Below are positions 17,869 to 27,019 of a stretch of 64,000 bases of DNA, in pieces. The notes under the pieces were generated by a model, which saw only the letters and a program-made list of their open reading frames with translations, was not told where the DNA came from and searched no databases. Every line of letters begins with the position of its first letter. The first letter of the stretch is position 1. This DNA comes from Acidobacteriota bacterium (lineage in GTDB: Bacteria; Acidobacteriota; Blastocatellia; Pyrinomonadales; Pyrinomonadaceae), in contig JBBPID010000014.1 in the NCBI GenBank assembly GCA_038040505.1, positions 8,588 through 72,587 on the forward strand, in the 5' to 3' direction. A program made the position numbers and the translations under genes.

Positions 17869-19557
17869 CTAGAATCTCGCTTGCTTTAGAAAATTCCGTG
17901 CCTCAACTAACTCACCCAATTCCTTGTCAGCGTCGCGCCATTGCTCCAGGAGCCTGGCGTAGGACGCAGCTGCGCCGCGCTGATCTCCGCTTTGGGCCGC
18001 CGCTCGCGCCGCCCCCAGCAGTGAACGCGCCCGATTCGGCTGTCTCAATAACGTAATCCTGAATTGTTCGGCGGCCGCTTCTGGCTTGCCGGCCCGCAAT
18101 AAAATCTCGCCATAAAGTTCATACGCCGGTTTGATTAAGTTCGGAGGGCCCGAAGGTGGACCCAGCTGTTCTTCGAGCGCGACGGCTCTCTTCATCAATT
18201 CGATCGCCTGATCGTGGTTCTTCTTCATCGAGGCAGCGACCGCTGCGATCTCCAAATCACCAATTGCCTGGTGGGTGCCTGCAGTCTTGGCGTCCTGCTG
18301 GTCCGGAGCCGATCCTTCAGTCGCACCCTTAAACGCCGCTGACAATCCCCGTACGTAGCGGGGCAATCTTTGCCCGGCGTTTGAAGAGCGCACCGTCATC
18401 GGTGCGCTGCTCGAGGTGGCCGGCGAAGCGGCGCCATGCGACCCGTGACTGGCGGTCGCCGAAGATCCGGTTGCGGCTGATTCGGTGACAGCGGACTGAG
18501 GGAAGAGAACTGTGGCCAGGTCCCAGCGCTCAGTCTCAACCACAAACGCCGCGGCCATGTTGGCATAAGCGTTTTCGTAATAGCCGGGCCGCAGCTTATT
18601 GTCGTAAGTCGTTTCCGACATGGTCTTCTTCATCAGCGTGAGCAATTCTTCGGCCTTGCTGTACCGGCCCTGCTGCAAATACACATAGAGGAGCCAGTGC
18701 AGGCTGTGATAGTCGCGCACGTTGGGCGAGAGATGCTTTCGTTTCATCCACGCGTCCGAAGATTCCCAGGCTGATTCGTTCGAGGCCGCGGCTTCGGGCC
18801 ACATCCCCAGTTGCAGAAAGATATGCGACGGCATGTGACGCGCGTGGTGCGCTTCCGGAGCTATGCTCGCATAGCGTCGCGCGGCGGGCAGCGCGAGAAT
18901 CGCGTGTTCCGGATCGTCAAAAGCGTGAATGATGTAGTGAGCCGCGCCCGGATGATTCGGGTTCTTCTGATAGACGTCGAGGGCGATTGCGCCCGCGCGC
19001 GCTTGCAGCCGATAACCCTTGTCCGATAATTGCATTAGCCCCAGCAGCGACAAGGAGTAAAAGGCGGCGGCATCAAGGTCGTTCGGAAAGTCGAGATAAA
19101 CCTTTTCCATCGCTGCCGAATAAGCGATGTCGCGGGCGCGCTTATCGCCTTCGCCGTACAGCACTTTGACGGCATTTAGATAAGCACGCTCTCGAGGGGT
19201 CAGCTTTGGCGTGTCTTTGATTTTCGCGATTACTTCGCGCGCGGCGGGTGTGTCTTGCTCGGACCAAAGCGGATGATTCTGGGCCATGGCCTCGCCCCAA
19301 TAGCCCATCATAAAGTCAGGTTCGATTTTGGTTGATTCGCGAAAGGCGTCGAGCGCTTCTTCGTACCAGAAGGAATGCAGGGCAGCCAGACCGCGAAGAA
19401 AGTGTGCCTGCGCTTTCTCGGAACCTGAGGTGGGGAATTGGACATTACCTAGTTGCGAGGACTGGGCGCTGGCGGCCGGCGCGGCGTTCAAGGCAAAAAC
19501 CGCAAATAAAACGACGATGAGAAAGCGCGAGCACCATGGACGTGGTTTAAGGGACAT
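17869..19557 (-). CDS. Secreted TPR-repeat protein
   Basis: 562 aa with a signal peptide (FLIVVLFAVFALNAAPAASA). Helical TPR-like repeats run throughout, with an S/A-rich low-complexity insert and C-terminal TPRs. Confidence 0.7.
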   Translation of the reverse strand: MSLKPRPWCSRFLIVVLFAVFALNAAPAASAQSSQLGNVQFPTSGSEKAQAHFLRGLAALHSFWYEEALDAFRESTKIEPDFMMGYWGEAMAQNHPLWSEQDTPAAREVIAKIKDTPKLTPRERAYLNAVKVLYGEGDKRARDIAYSAAMEKVYLDFPNDLDAAAFYSLSLLGLMQLSDKGYRLQARAGAIALDVYQKNPNHPGAAHYIIHAFDDPEHAILALPAARRYASIAPEAHHARHMPSHIFLQLGMWPEAAASNESAWESSDAWMKRKHLSPNVRDYHSLHWLLYVYLQQGRYSKAEELLTLMKKTMSETTYDNKLRPGYYENAYANMAAAFVVETERWDLATVLFPQSAVTESAATGSSATASHGSHGAASPATSSSAPMTVRSSNAGQRLPRYVRGLSAAFKGATEGSAPDQQDAKTAGTHQAIGDLEIAAVAASMKKNHDQAIELMKRAVALEEQLGPPSGPPNLIKPAYELYGEILLRAGKPEAAAEQFRITLLRQPNRARSLLGAARAAAQSGDQRGAAASYARLLEQWRDADKELGELVEARNFLKQARF

Positions 19558-19588
19558 GGTTCATATCTCCGAAATAGGGTTTGTGCCG

Positions 19589-19649
19589 TTTCGTGTGATT
19601 TGGTGGATCGTGCCTTTGCGCGGAATACGATCCACTAAGTCACACAAAA
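19589..19649. repeat. Family A copy 4, arms in permuted order
   Basis: tttcgtgtgatttggtggatcgt - loop - acgatccactaagtcacacaaaa. The GATCC ends face inward here, whereas they face outward in copies 1-3. Confidence 0.8.
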
Positions 19650-19674
19650 GAACACTAAACTAGAATAACTGACT

Positions 19675-20934
19675 TCACTTCTTCCCGATGCAATAAAGAT
19701 TCGTCGCCGTCCGGATGAAAATCTGACCCTCAGAGATAGCCGGCGAGCTCAGGCAGTAATCGTTCAAAGGGTTTTCAGCCAGCACTTCGAATTTTGGTCC
19801 AGCCTTAATCACGGTTGTCAGACCTTCCTCGTTCGTTATGTAGAGCTTGTCATCAGCCAGCACCAAAGATCCGCTGTAAGTACCCGGCTTCAGCCGCTGC
19901 TGCCCATAAATCTCGGCCCCGGTTTTGGCGTCGAGGCACCACATAATCCCGCGGTCGTTGACGATGTAGAAATACTTTCCGTCAGTGACCGGCGTGGGCA
20001 CGTCCGGGCCATTCACCGTCGACCAGAGCAGATGCGAAGTGGTGATATCGCCGCGGCCGCCGGCGCGCAACGCCAGCAGTGGTTTAACTCGCGTGGGCGC
20101 ATAGATGACGTCGTTGAAAATTATGGGCGACGCCACAATCCGATAATTAGGATTGTTGTCCGGATTGAGCCCGTTTGCGCGCCAGAGTTCTTTTCCGGTG
20201 GCCGGATCATGGCCGGTAACACAGTCGCCTCCGGTGACCACAATCTCGGTCGTCTTGCCGTATCGCAGCAAAGCGGGGGTGGTGTATGAATCGGGCGACT
20301 CGCGAATCGCGTTCGTCGGGCGCTCGACTTTCCAGAGAGTTTTTCCGGTCTGCTTGTTGATTCGCATTACGTAAGAAGCATCATCCGTTTTCATTCCGTG
20401 AAGCACCTGCACGTAAAGCGAGTCTTCGAAAAGCAAAGGCGACGAGGCATAACCCCAGTTCAGACCGAACTGCCCGTAATCTTTCTGCACGTCACGCGAC
20501 CAGAGTTCTTTGCCTGCGAAATCAAATCCCTTAAGGATGCCGGTACCCGTCATCACGTAGACAGTCTTGCCGTCGGTAACCGGCGAGGGCGAAGACATGT
20601 TCTGCTTGCGCATTTTGACGTCGCCGCCGCTGAGCAGTTTCTTCCAGAGCATTTTTCCGCTGGCTCGATCCACACACCACAGGTAGATGTTGGCGTCAGT
20701 CTCAGCTACGTTTAGAAAGATCCGGTCGCGCCAGATGATGGGGGTTGAGCCGCTCCAGGCCGGCATTGCGAGTTTCCAGGCGACGTTCTCTTCCGTGGTC
20801 CATTTCGAAGGAAGATTCCTCTCGCTGCTGACCCCGTTAAGAGCAGGGCCCCGCCACTGCGGCCAGTTTTCGGCGCGGGCAACGTTGATCGAGAGGATGA
20901 TCACCGCCAAAATCTGTATGCTGCGTACTCTCAT
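19675..20934 (-). CDS. Secreted PQQ-like beta-propeller repeat protein, paralog 6
   Basis: Start moved to ATG 20934 ([21 protein letters not shown] then [13 protein letters not shown]), which follows a GAGGAGG RBS. The longer ORF start at 20985 runs into repeat C2. Collinear with paralogs 1 and 2. Confidence 0.85.
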   Translation of the reverse strand: MRVRSIQILAVIILSINVARAENWPQWRGPALNGVSSERNLPSKWTTEENVAWKLAMPAWSGSTPIIWRDRIFLNVAETDANIYLWCVDRASGKMLWKKLLSGGDVKMRKQNMSSPSPVTDGKTVYVMTGTGILKGFDFAGKELWSRDVQKDYGQFGLNWGYASSPLLFEDSLYVQVLHGMKTDDASYVMRINKQTGKTLWKVERPTNAIRESPDSYTTPALLRYGKTTEIVVTGGDCVTGHDPATGKELWRANGLNPDNNPNYRIVASPIIFNDVIYAPTRVKPLLALRAGGRGDITTSHLLWSTVNGPDVPTPVTDGKYFYIVNDRGIMWCLDAKTGAEIYGQQRLKPGTYSGSLVLADDKLYITNEEGLTTVIKAGPKFEVLAENPLNDYCLSSPAISEGQIFIRTATNLYCIGKK

Positions 20935-20974
20935 ATCTTGCCTCCTCATTGAAGGTTTGTTCACCCGGTACCCT

Positions 20975-21096
20975 CTCATTAGCACCGAGCTTCAGCTCGG
21001 TGAGCTAGTGCCGCGAAAGTTTCGGAAACCGTTTAAACGGTTTCAGTCGACGATGAGAGCGCGTACCCCCTGGCTGAAGCCAGGGGTTAATGAGAG
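20975..21096. repeat. MITE-like palindromic element, family C copy 2
   Basis: Ends ctctcattagcaccgagcttcagctcggtga and ccccctggctgaagccaggggttaatgagag, with the central ggaaaccgtttaaacggtttc. Confidence 0.85.
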
Positions 21097-21176
21097 CTGC
21101 TCGAGTCTAACTAGACTCTTCAAGCCACGCCCATCTTTGGCGTGTGACTCACCGGCGGGACGCTTGTGCACTCTCT

Positions 21177-22430
21177 TCAACTCAAGTCCACGGCCATGAT
21201 CGTTTGACGATCACGCAGATAGAGTTTTGTGCCAATCAACGTCGGCACCGTCCAGGCCAGGTTCTTCAACAGACTAACCTTTGAAATGACTTTCAAACCC
21301 GCCGGCGACACTGTGGCCAGCGCCAGGTTTCCATCTTCATCAAGGATGATTAGCTTTCCGTCCGCGTAAAGAAAATTAGTCTTGGGAAAGCTGCGATCCT
21401 GAAACGCGATTTCACCCGTCTTGACATTCACCGCCGCGAAAAACGCCGGCCCGAAGTCTCCGCTCGAGGCGTACACATGATCGCCGATGCGAATCGCCGT
21501 GCTGTGGTGAACGCGTAGACGATTGTTGAACCAAACTTCGGTCACAGTTGTCTTGCCGCCCGCTTGAGTGAGTTTCAGCACGCGGCTGCCGCCACTGTAG
21601 GCCGAAGAAAGAAAGAGGAGATTGTCAGGTCCCCAGACCGGCGTGCTGATATTCAACCCCCAGTCGGTGACGTGCGGATGACTCCAGAGCAATTCGCCAT
21701 TGTTTGGATCAACTCCCGCAATCACTTTCCCCATAAACGCGACCATCTGCTCCTGCCCATCGACATTAATAATGATGAGAGAAGCGGGAGAAAGATCCAG
21801 GGTCTGTTTCTTCCATACCACCTTGCCGTCTTTTTGATTCAACGCGACCAGGGTCTGTCCCTCACCGCCCAGAGTCAGAATGATCGTGTTCTTATAAGCC
21901 AGAGGGCTGCATGAATAGCCGCGGCCCATCTTGCGGCCTCCCAGATCTTTGTAGAGATCGACAGTCCATACGACCTTTCCCGTTTTCTTATCCAGGGCGT
22001 GGAGTTTTCCGACCGCGCCAACCGTGTAGAGCAGATCGCCGACCAGAAGCGGAGTCGAATGCGGGCCAAGTCCTTCTTCATAGTTTATGCCCGCGGTCGG
22101 CGCGTCGTACTTGAATTCCCAGGTGGTTTTTCCGGTGTCGGCAGCGAGGGCGACAACAACCTCCTGCTCACCCTGGCTGTACATGGTATAGAGCGTGGTC
22201 CCCGATGCCACAATCGCTGAGTGCCCCTGGCCAAGCGGCCGGCTCCAGAGCTGTCGCGGTCCTTTCTCAGGCCAGGAAGCTGCGAGACCTTTCGACGTCG
22301 AAATGAAATTGCGAGTTGGGCCGCCCCATTGCAGCCAGTCGGTCTGGGCCGGTGAGTCAGTCGAAAAAATCAGCAGCAGGAAAACCGATAATAGGCCCAG
22401 GTATTGAGTTCGTTTGAGGGGAAGTGCCAT
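21177..22430 (-). CDS. Secreted PQQ-like beta-propeller repeat protein, paralog 7
   Basis: Start set at ATG 22430 ([22 protein letters not shown]...[15 protein letters not shown]), after a GAGGAGG RBS. Blades: [56 protein letters not shown]. Confidence 0.85.
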   Translation of the reverse strand: MALPLKRTQYLGLLSVFLLLIFSTDSPAQTDWLQWGGPTRNFISTSKGLAASWPEKGPRQLWSRPLGQGHSAIVASGTTLYTMYSQGEQEVVVALAADTGKTTWEFKYDAPTAGINYEEGLGPHSTPLLVGDLLYTVGAVGKLHALDKKTGKVVWTVDLYKDLGGRKMGRGYSCSPLAYKNTIILTLGGEGQTLVALNQKDGKVVWKKQTLDLSPASLIIINVDGQEQMVAFMGKVIAGVDPNNGELLWSHPHVTDWGLNISTPVWGPDNLLFLSSAYSGGSRVLKLTQAGGKTTVTEVWFNNRLRVHHSTAIRIGDHVYASSGDFGPAFFAAVNVKTGEIAFQDRSFPKTNFLYADGKLIILDEDGNLALATVSPAGLKVISKVSLLKNLAWTVPTLIGTKLYLRDRQTIMAVDLS

Positions 22431-22499
22431 GGTGCCTCCTCGTCTAATCGCCAATGCGGCCCGGCCGCCTGATGGAAAAGGGGAGTTAGCTTGAGTTCC

Positions 22500-22650
22500 G
22501 TCAGGAGCCAGATGTTTATAGAGCCGCGCTAAGAATAAAGGAAAGCTCCTTTAAGAGCGAAATTGTTTGAATCAAAGATCCAGTGACGCCCCTGGAAGGG
22601 GCTGGTATTTCTTAACGCGGACTGATCTATAAACATCTGGCCCCTCCCGG
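22500..22650. repeat. About 150-nt MITE-like element with terminal inverted repeats, family D
   Basis: ggagccagatgtttatagagccgcgctaagaa ... ttcttaacgcggactgatctataaacatctggcccc are terminal inverted repeats read directly. Confidence 0.8.
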
Positions 22651-22678
22651 GGCCAATTCACACTGATCTCAGGGCGCC

Positions 22679-25600
22679 CTATTCCGCTCTCAACGCAGGC
22701 AACAAAGGAGATCTCAGCGCCGCCCAGGTAGCCACCAGCGACGCGGTCAGGCCCGAGATTATTACGGCCAACAACAGGAAACCCATAGAAAGATTCGGTA
22801 GCGAGCCGCCGCGCGCGGAAAATACGGGCGCGATTGCCAGCAGCGCGCAGACGGCGCCGGTTGCCAAACCGGCGAAAAGCAGCAGAGCATTTTCCGCGAC
22901 CACCATCAGCGTGAAGTGCCCTGAGTTATAACCCACCGCGCGCAACAGCGCCAGCTCTTTTCGTCGTTCGAAGACATTGCGCAATAACACTGCCGCCATG
23001 CCCAGCGTCCCTAACACAAGCCCCAAACCACCGAGCATTTGAAAAGTTGAGAGATACGTGTTTTCGACCCGATGAAAGTTAGCCAGCCGCTCACCCGTGG
23101 TCACCGCGTCAAAGCCGTAGTCTGACAGCCGCTCCTCCAGCGTCGCGGTCACCGCCGCCACGTTGGGCTGAGGCGCATCGATCAGGAAAAAGCGATAACC
23201 CTGCTGGTCGGGAAAAAGTCGCAGGAAATTCTTTTCCGACATCAACAGGTCGCTCTGAAAAACGCTGTCGGCAAGCGCGGCCATTACTCGCAAACGAACC
23301 GGGCCTTCGTTCCGATTCAGGACGAACTCGTCCCCCACCTGGAGGTGGAGGACATAGGCGATCGAGTTGGCGTCAGCGATGATTGGCACGACGCCGTTTT
23401 CCAGATCACGATTCAGCAACAGCCAGGGATTATCTTTCTCATCACTGGCGCCGGCCAGCGAAGTTTGAAAGCCGAAGCGATTGCTCTTAATAAAATCGTC
23501 GGTGGCGCCCAGGATGCGAGGATTGCGCGGCTGATAGAGATTCAAACAACTGGCATCATCGCCGGGCCGCAGACGGAAGCGCGTGAACGTGGCGTTGCCC
23601 AGCGACTCTGCGTCGTTTGGCAGGTTCAGTGCCTCGAGGCCGGCCGGTGTGTTCGGATCCTGTACCAGCGGCAGAAGCGACTCAGCCAGCAGCGAAAATC
23701 CGCCACTACCTGATTTAAGATCCTGGCTCAAGCTTCGATCGTCACGTCTGAAAGCATCGACGGCCACGATGATGAAGGTTGAAAACGCGATTAGCGCAAT
23801 GCAGAGAACGCTGCGACCAGGCCGGTGCGTGGCATTTCTGAATCCCAGTCGAGCTACTGACGGCCAGCCAGTTCCCTGAATCGATTTTCGGCGCGGACTG
23901 CTCAGCCATGCGGACTGGAAACAAAGCATCGCCACCAGCAGCAAGGCGCCGCCTCCGAAAAAGCCGCCGGTTTGGCCGATCAGATGAAAGGAAGCCGCGA
24001 GCAGAACGAGAACCGCAGCCAGGGTGAGTCCACCAGCGATCAAGAGACGCGGAGACACGGAGACACGGCGACGCGAGGGAGTTCCCGTGTCCCCGCGTCT
24101 CTGTGTCCCCGTGTCCAAAGTTGCCGTTCCCATCAAAAGGCTACGCGTTGACGCTCTGCGCAGTCGTCGCAACGTCAGCAGGATGCACACCAAAGCCGCC
24201 ACGACACCTCCAGCTCCGCCCAGCAAGAGCGAAAGCGGCGAAACGTGCAGTCTCAATAACGTGGTGCCGACGGCATCCACCCACCACGTTCGCAAACCCA
24301 TCAAAATCAGATAACCGTAAGCTACGGCGCCAATCAGGCCGAGAAGACTTCCGGCTACCGATAAAACTAAACCCTCAGTAAGAAAAAGGGCGCGAATCTT
24401 CCGCGCCGAGAAGCCGACGGCTTGCAGGGTCCCGATCTCGCGCAGACGCTGTTCGATTCCGAGTTTGAAAAAGAGCGCGGCCAGCATTAACGCTGAAACG
24501 ACCAGAAAGAAACTGAAGTAAAGAAAGTACTCTCCAAAGTCAGTCGCGCCGCGCGACGCTTCCAGACCCTGCTGGTGCACCGCAGCGATATTGAAACCTC
24601 TGGCCGATGGTTCGAGCGCGGCTCGCAATCCTTGTTGATACTTGTCGAGAGTCTGATCGAGTGAGGCTCCGGTCGGATTCAAAAGCCGAATCGAAGTCGA
24701 TCTGCCAAAGCGGGACTGCCAAAGCTTCTGACCGGCTTCGAGCGGAATGAACGCCTTGGGCGTCGTTCGATACTGATTCCAGTAATCCTCATCCTGCTTG
24801 CGAATTCGGTCCAGAGCTACCGGGAAAGGCGGGTCCCAATCGGAAAGACTGGGCGAATCGCTGATGCCTGGATAAACCGGCACGAGGTCGCGATCAGCCG
24901 CCGGGCCAGACAGGGGAACGATCGCATCCAGATGAAATTGAGCAGTCCTGGTCTCGAGGCGGCCGTCGGTCTGCCACAGGTAATATTCAAGCGTGACCGG
25001 ATCGCCGCGGCGAATTCCCAGATCACGAGCCGCCCATTCGTTGAGGATTATCGGATTAGTTGAGCTGGCAGTTTGTGGCGCAACACCTCCACCATCCAGC
25101 TCTCGCAAAGCCTGAAATGCCTGATCGTCAAGAGCCGTAACCAGCGAATACGGTATTGAATGGCCGCCGGCGTTGATGCCGTTGGCGAGATACGACAGCA
25201 CCGGCGCTGTGCGCATCTTTAAGCTTTCGGCAACGGCCCGGGCCGTTTCCTCGAGCGGTGCGTCGACCAGGGTGCTGGTTCTTTCGAGAGAGAGACTCTC
25301 CTGTGACGGCAATGCCCGCAGACGAATTCCATAGTCATCGAGCGTCGCCGTCTCTTTGAGGATTTTCTTGAGTGCGCCTTCTGAGGAAACTGAGTTGCGA
25401 CGCTCAGGAAGTGCCGAGATCAGAATCGTGTTGACCTTGTTGTCCTGCTCCAACTCTTTTTGCAGCAACTTCAGTGAAACGAAAACTGCATGCACCGGAG
25501 TTTGCTGCGGCTGGACCGAAAACTCTCCGAGCGCATCAGCCGTGACGACTTCACTCATCGTCAAGCGCAGCGTGCTGCCAAGATCCTCCCGGCGTCCGTG

Positions 25601-26113
25601 CAGAGACTCAACCGGAATGGCCGAAGGCTTTTCGATTCTCAGGATGAGTGAGTCGCCCACGCGGCTTTCCAATTCGCGCGAGAGGCTGTCGCTGACAAAT
25701 ATTTCCCGACTCTGCGGGGCGGCCTTACCGTTTCGCCCGTGGAAATTCCAAAACCTTTCGTCAACGCCATAAACCCGCACGGCCCCGGCGCGCCGGCCGC
25801 TGGCGGCGTGACTGACATTTCCCTCGAGAGCAATCAGCGGACAGGTTGAGGCGAAGCCAGTGGAGGCAAACTGCTGGTTGTTTTGTACTTCCCCGGCAAG
25901 TTGTTCACGAAAGAACTCGCCCGACGAGATAACGTGTTCAGTGTTTCCGAGCCGTTGCAGGAAAAGATCTCGGAGACTCGCACGCACTGAGTCACCGACC
26001 AGCAAGGCCCCGGAGAGGACAGCTACCGCGGTCCCGACTCCCAGGACTACCGCCAGATTTGTGCGCCAATAATAGGTAAGGTTGCGTTTGACGAGCTGTG
26101 TAGTTCGCATCAC
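22679..26113 (-). CDS. ABC transporter permease, tandem FtsX/MacB-type
   Basis: 1144 aa. Two FtsX-type helix bundles, each preceded by a large extracytoplasmic domain. The start overlaps the upstream ATPase stop (ATGA at 26110-26113). Confidence 0.9.
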   Translation of the reverse strand: MMRTTQLVKRNLTYYWRTNLAVVLGVGTAVAVLSGALLVGDSVRASLRDLFLQRLGNTEHVISSGEFFREQLAGEVQNNQQFASTGFASTCPLIALEGNVSHAASGRRAGAVRVYGVDERFWNFHGRNGKAAPQSREIFVSDSLSRELESRVGDSLILRIEKPSAIPVESLHGRREDLGSTLRLTMSEVVTADALGEFSVQPQQTPVHAVFVSLKLLQKELEQDNKVNTILISALPERRNSVSSEGALKKILKETATLDDYGIRLRALPSQESLSLERTSTLVDAPLEETARAVAESLKMRTAPVLSYLANGINAGGHSIPYSLVTALDDQAFQALRELDGGGVAPQTASSTNPIILNEWAARDLGIRRGDPVTLEYYLWQTDGRLETRTAQFHLDAIVPLSGPAADRDLVPVYPGISDSPSLSDWDPPFPVALDRIRKQDEDYWNQYRTTPKAFIPLEAGQKLWQSRFGRSTSIRLLNPTGASLDQTLDKYQQGLRAALEPSARGFNIAAVHQQGLEASRGATDFGEYFLYFSFFLVVSALMLAALFFKLGIEQRLREIGTLQAVGFSARKIRALFLTEGLVLSVAGSLLGLIGAVAYGYLILMGLRTWWVDAVGTTLLRLHVSPLSLLLGGAGGVVAALVCILLTLRRLRRASTRSLLMGTATLDTGTQRRGDTGTPSRRRVSVSPRLLIAGGLTLAAVLVLLAASFHLIGQTGGFFGGGALLLVAMLCFQSAWLSSPRRKSIQGTGWPSVARLGFRNATHRPGRSVLCIALIAFSTFIIVAVDAFRRDDRSLSQDLKSGSGGFSLLAESLLPLVQDPNTPAGLEALNLPNDAESLGNATFTRFRLRPGDDASCLNLYQPRNPRILGATDDFIKSNRFGFQTSLAGASDEKDNPWLLLNRDLENGVVPIIADANSIAYVLHLQVGDEFVLNRNEGPVRLRVMAALADSVFQSDLLMSEKNFLRLFPDQQGYRFFLIDAPQPNVAAVTATLEERLSDYGFDAVTTGERLANFHRVENTYLSTFQMLGGLGLVLGTLGMAAVLLRNVFERRKELALLRAVGYNSGHFTLMVVAENALLLFAGLATGAVCALLAIAPVFSARGGSLPNLSMGFLLLAVIISGLTASLVATWAALRSPLLPALRAE
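24043..24116. repeat. Octamer array plus complementary octamer array inside the permease CDS
   Basis: agagacgc ggagacac ggagacac ggcgacgc - gagggagttccc - gtgtcccc gcgtctct gtgtcccc gtgtcc. Translated on the minus strand it reads LDTGTQRRGDTGTPSRRRVSVSP, and the frame is kept open. Confidence 0.85.
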
Positions 26114-26775
26114 ACCTCGTGGAGCTGCTGCTCTCTCAATTGAAACCGGCGGGAAAACCGCGAGGCCAGTTCCGTGTTATGCGTTACTACGATCAGGATT
26201 GTTTCCTGGCGCTGGTGCAGCTCAAGAAGAAGGGAAGCGACTGTGTCCGCCGATTTTTGATCGAGATTTCCGGTGGGTTCGTCACACAACAACAGTTGCG
26301 GCTTCATGATGAGGGCCCGCGCCAGTGCCACGCGCTGCTTTTCCCCGCCCGACAGTTCAGCCGGACGATGATCAAGCCGATCGCGCAGGCCAACCCGTTC
26401 GAGTAAAGCCTGAGCTCGTTCACCGGCATTCCCGTCGACATCCGCGACCAGGGTTGGAGTCAGCACATTCTCGATCACCGAACATTGCGGCAAGAGGCAG
26501 TGGTCCTGAAAGACGAAGCCAATCTCCTTGTTTCTGAACGCTGCCAGCTCACGAGCATTGAGCTGAAAGGGGTTCTGCTTGCCCAGGGTTACGCTGCCGC
26601 TGGTTGGGGGTTCGAGTGCGCCGATGATGTACAGCAGCGTGCTTTTGCCACTGCCGGAGGGACCCATGATCGAAACTGCTTCGCCTTGCTCGAGGGAAAG
26701 GGAAACGTCGGAAAGGATCTCGATTGTTCCGCGCGGCGCGGGATATTGCTTTGAGATGTTTTCGACGTTGAGCAT
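26110..26775 (-). CDS. ABC transporter ATP-binding protein (LolD/MacB type)
   Basis: 221 aa. Walker [10 protein letters not shown], signature LSGGEKQRV, Walker [13 protein letters not shown]. Confidence 0.92.
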   Translation of the reverse strand: MLNVENISKQYPAPRGTIEILSDVSLSLEQGEAVSIMGPSGSGKSTLLYIIGALEPPTSGSVTLGKQNPFQLNARELAAFRNKEIGFVFQDHCLLPQCSVIENVLTPTLVADVDGNAGERAQALLERVGLRDRLDHRPAELSGGEKQRVALARALIMKPQLLLCDEPTGNLDQKSADTVASLLLELHQRQETILIVVTHNTELASRFSRRFQLREQQLHEV

Positions 26776-26840
26776 TCGATATCTTTATCGTTTTGCTGAT
26801 GCCTTGCGACAGATCGCTTGTGAATGCAGATAATCCGCCT

Positions 26841-26990
26841 TAATTACGGCTATGCCGCTTTGATGCGCGTCAAGTCTCTGACTGCCGGCAAAGCCATTTA
26901 CCATTAATAGGGTCTAAGACCCTATCCTATTCCGCGAACGTTTTCGGCAAGTCACAGACTTGCCGCGCATCAGAGTGGCATAGCCATTAC
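26841..26990. repeat. 150-nt long-hairpin MITE-like element, family E
   Basis: taattacggctatgccgctttgatgcgcgtcaagtctctgact pairs with agtcacagacttgccgcgcatcagagtggcatagccattac. The centre holds the palindrome tagggtctaagacccta. Confidence 0.8.
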
Positions 26991-27019
26991 AAAGCGCCGT
27001 CGCTTGCTCAGCGGGCTCG

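Noticed and set aside
20935-20985. Longer N-terminal extensions offered by the ORF track (20985, 22454, 33484, 40599, 42076, 44519, 45303, 60751, 63483)
   Set aside because: The extensions precede obvious signal peptides or Rossmann motifs and lack an RBS. Several translate intergenic repeat elements, and internal ATGs have GAGGAGG-type RBSs at the proper distance.
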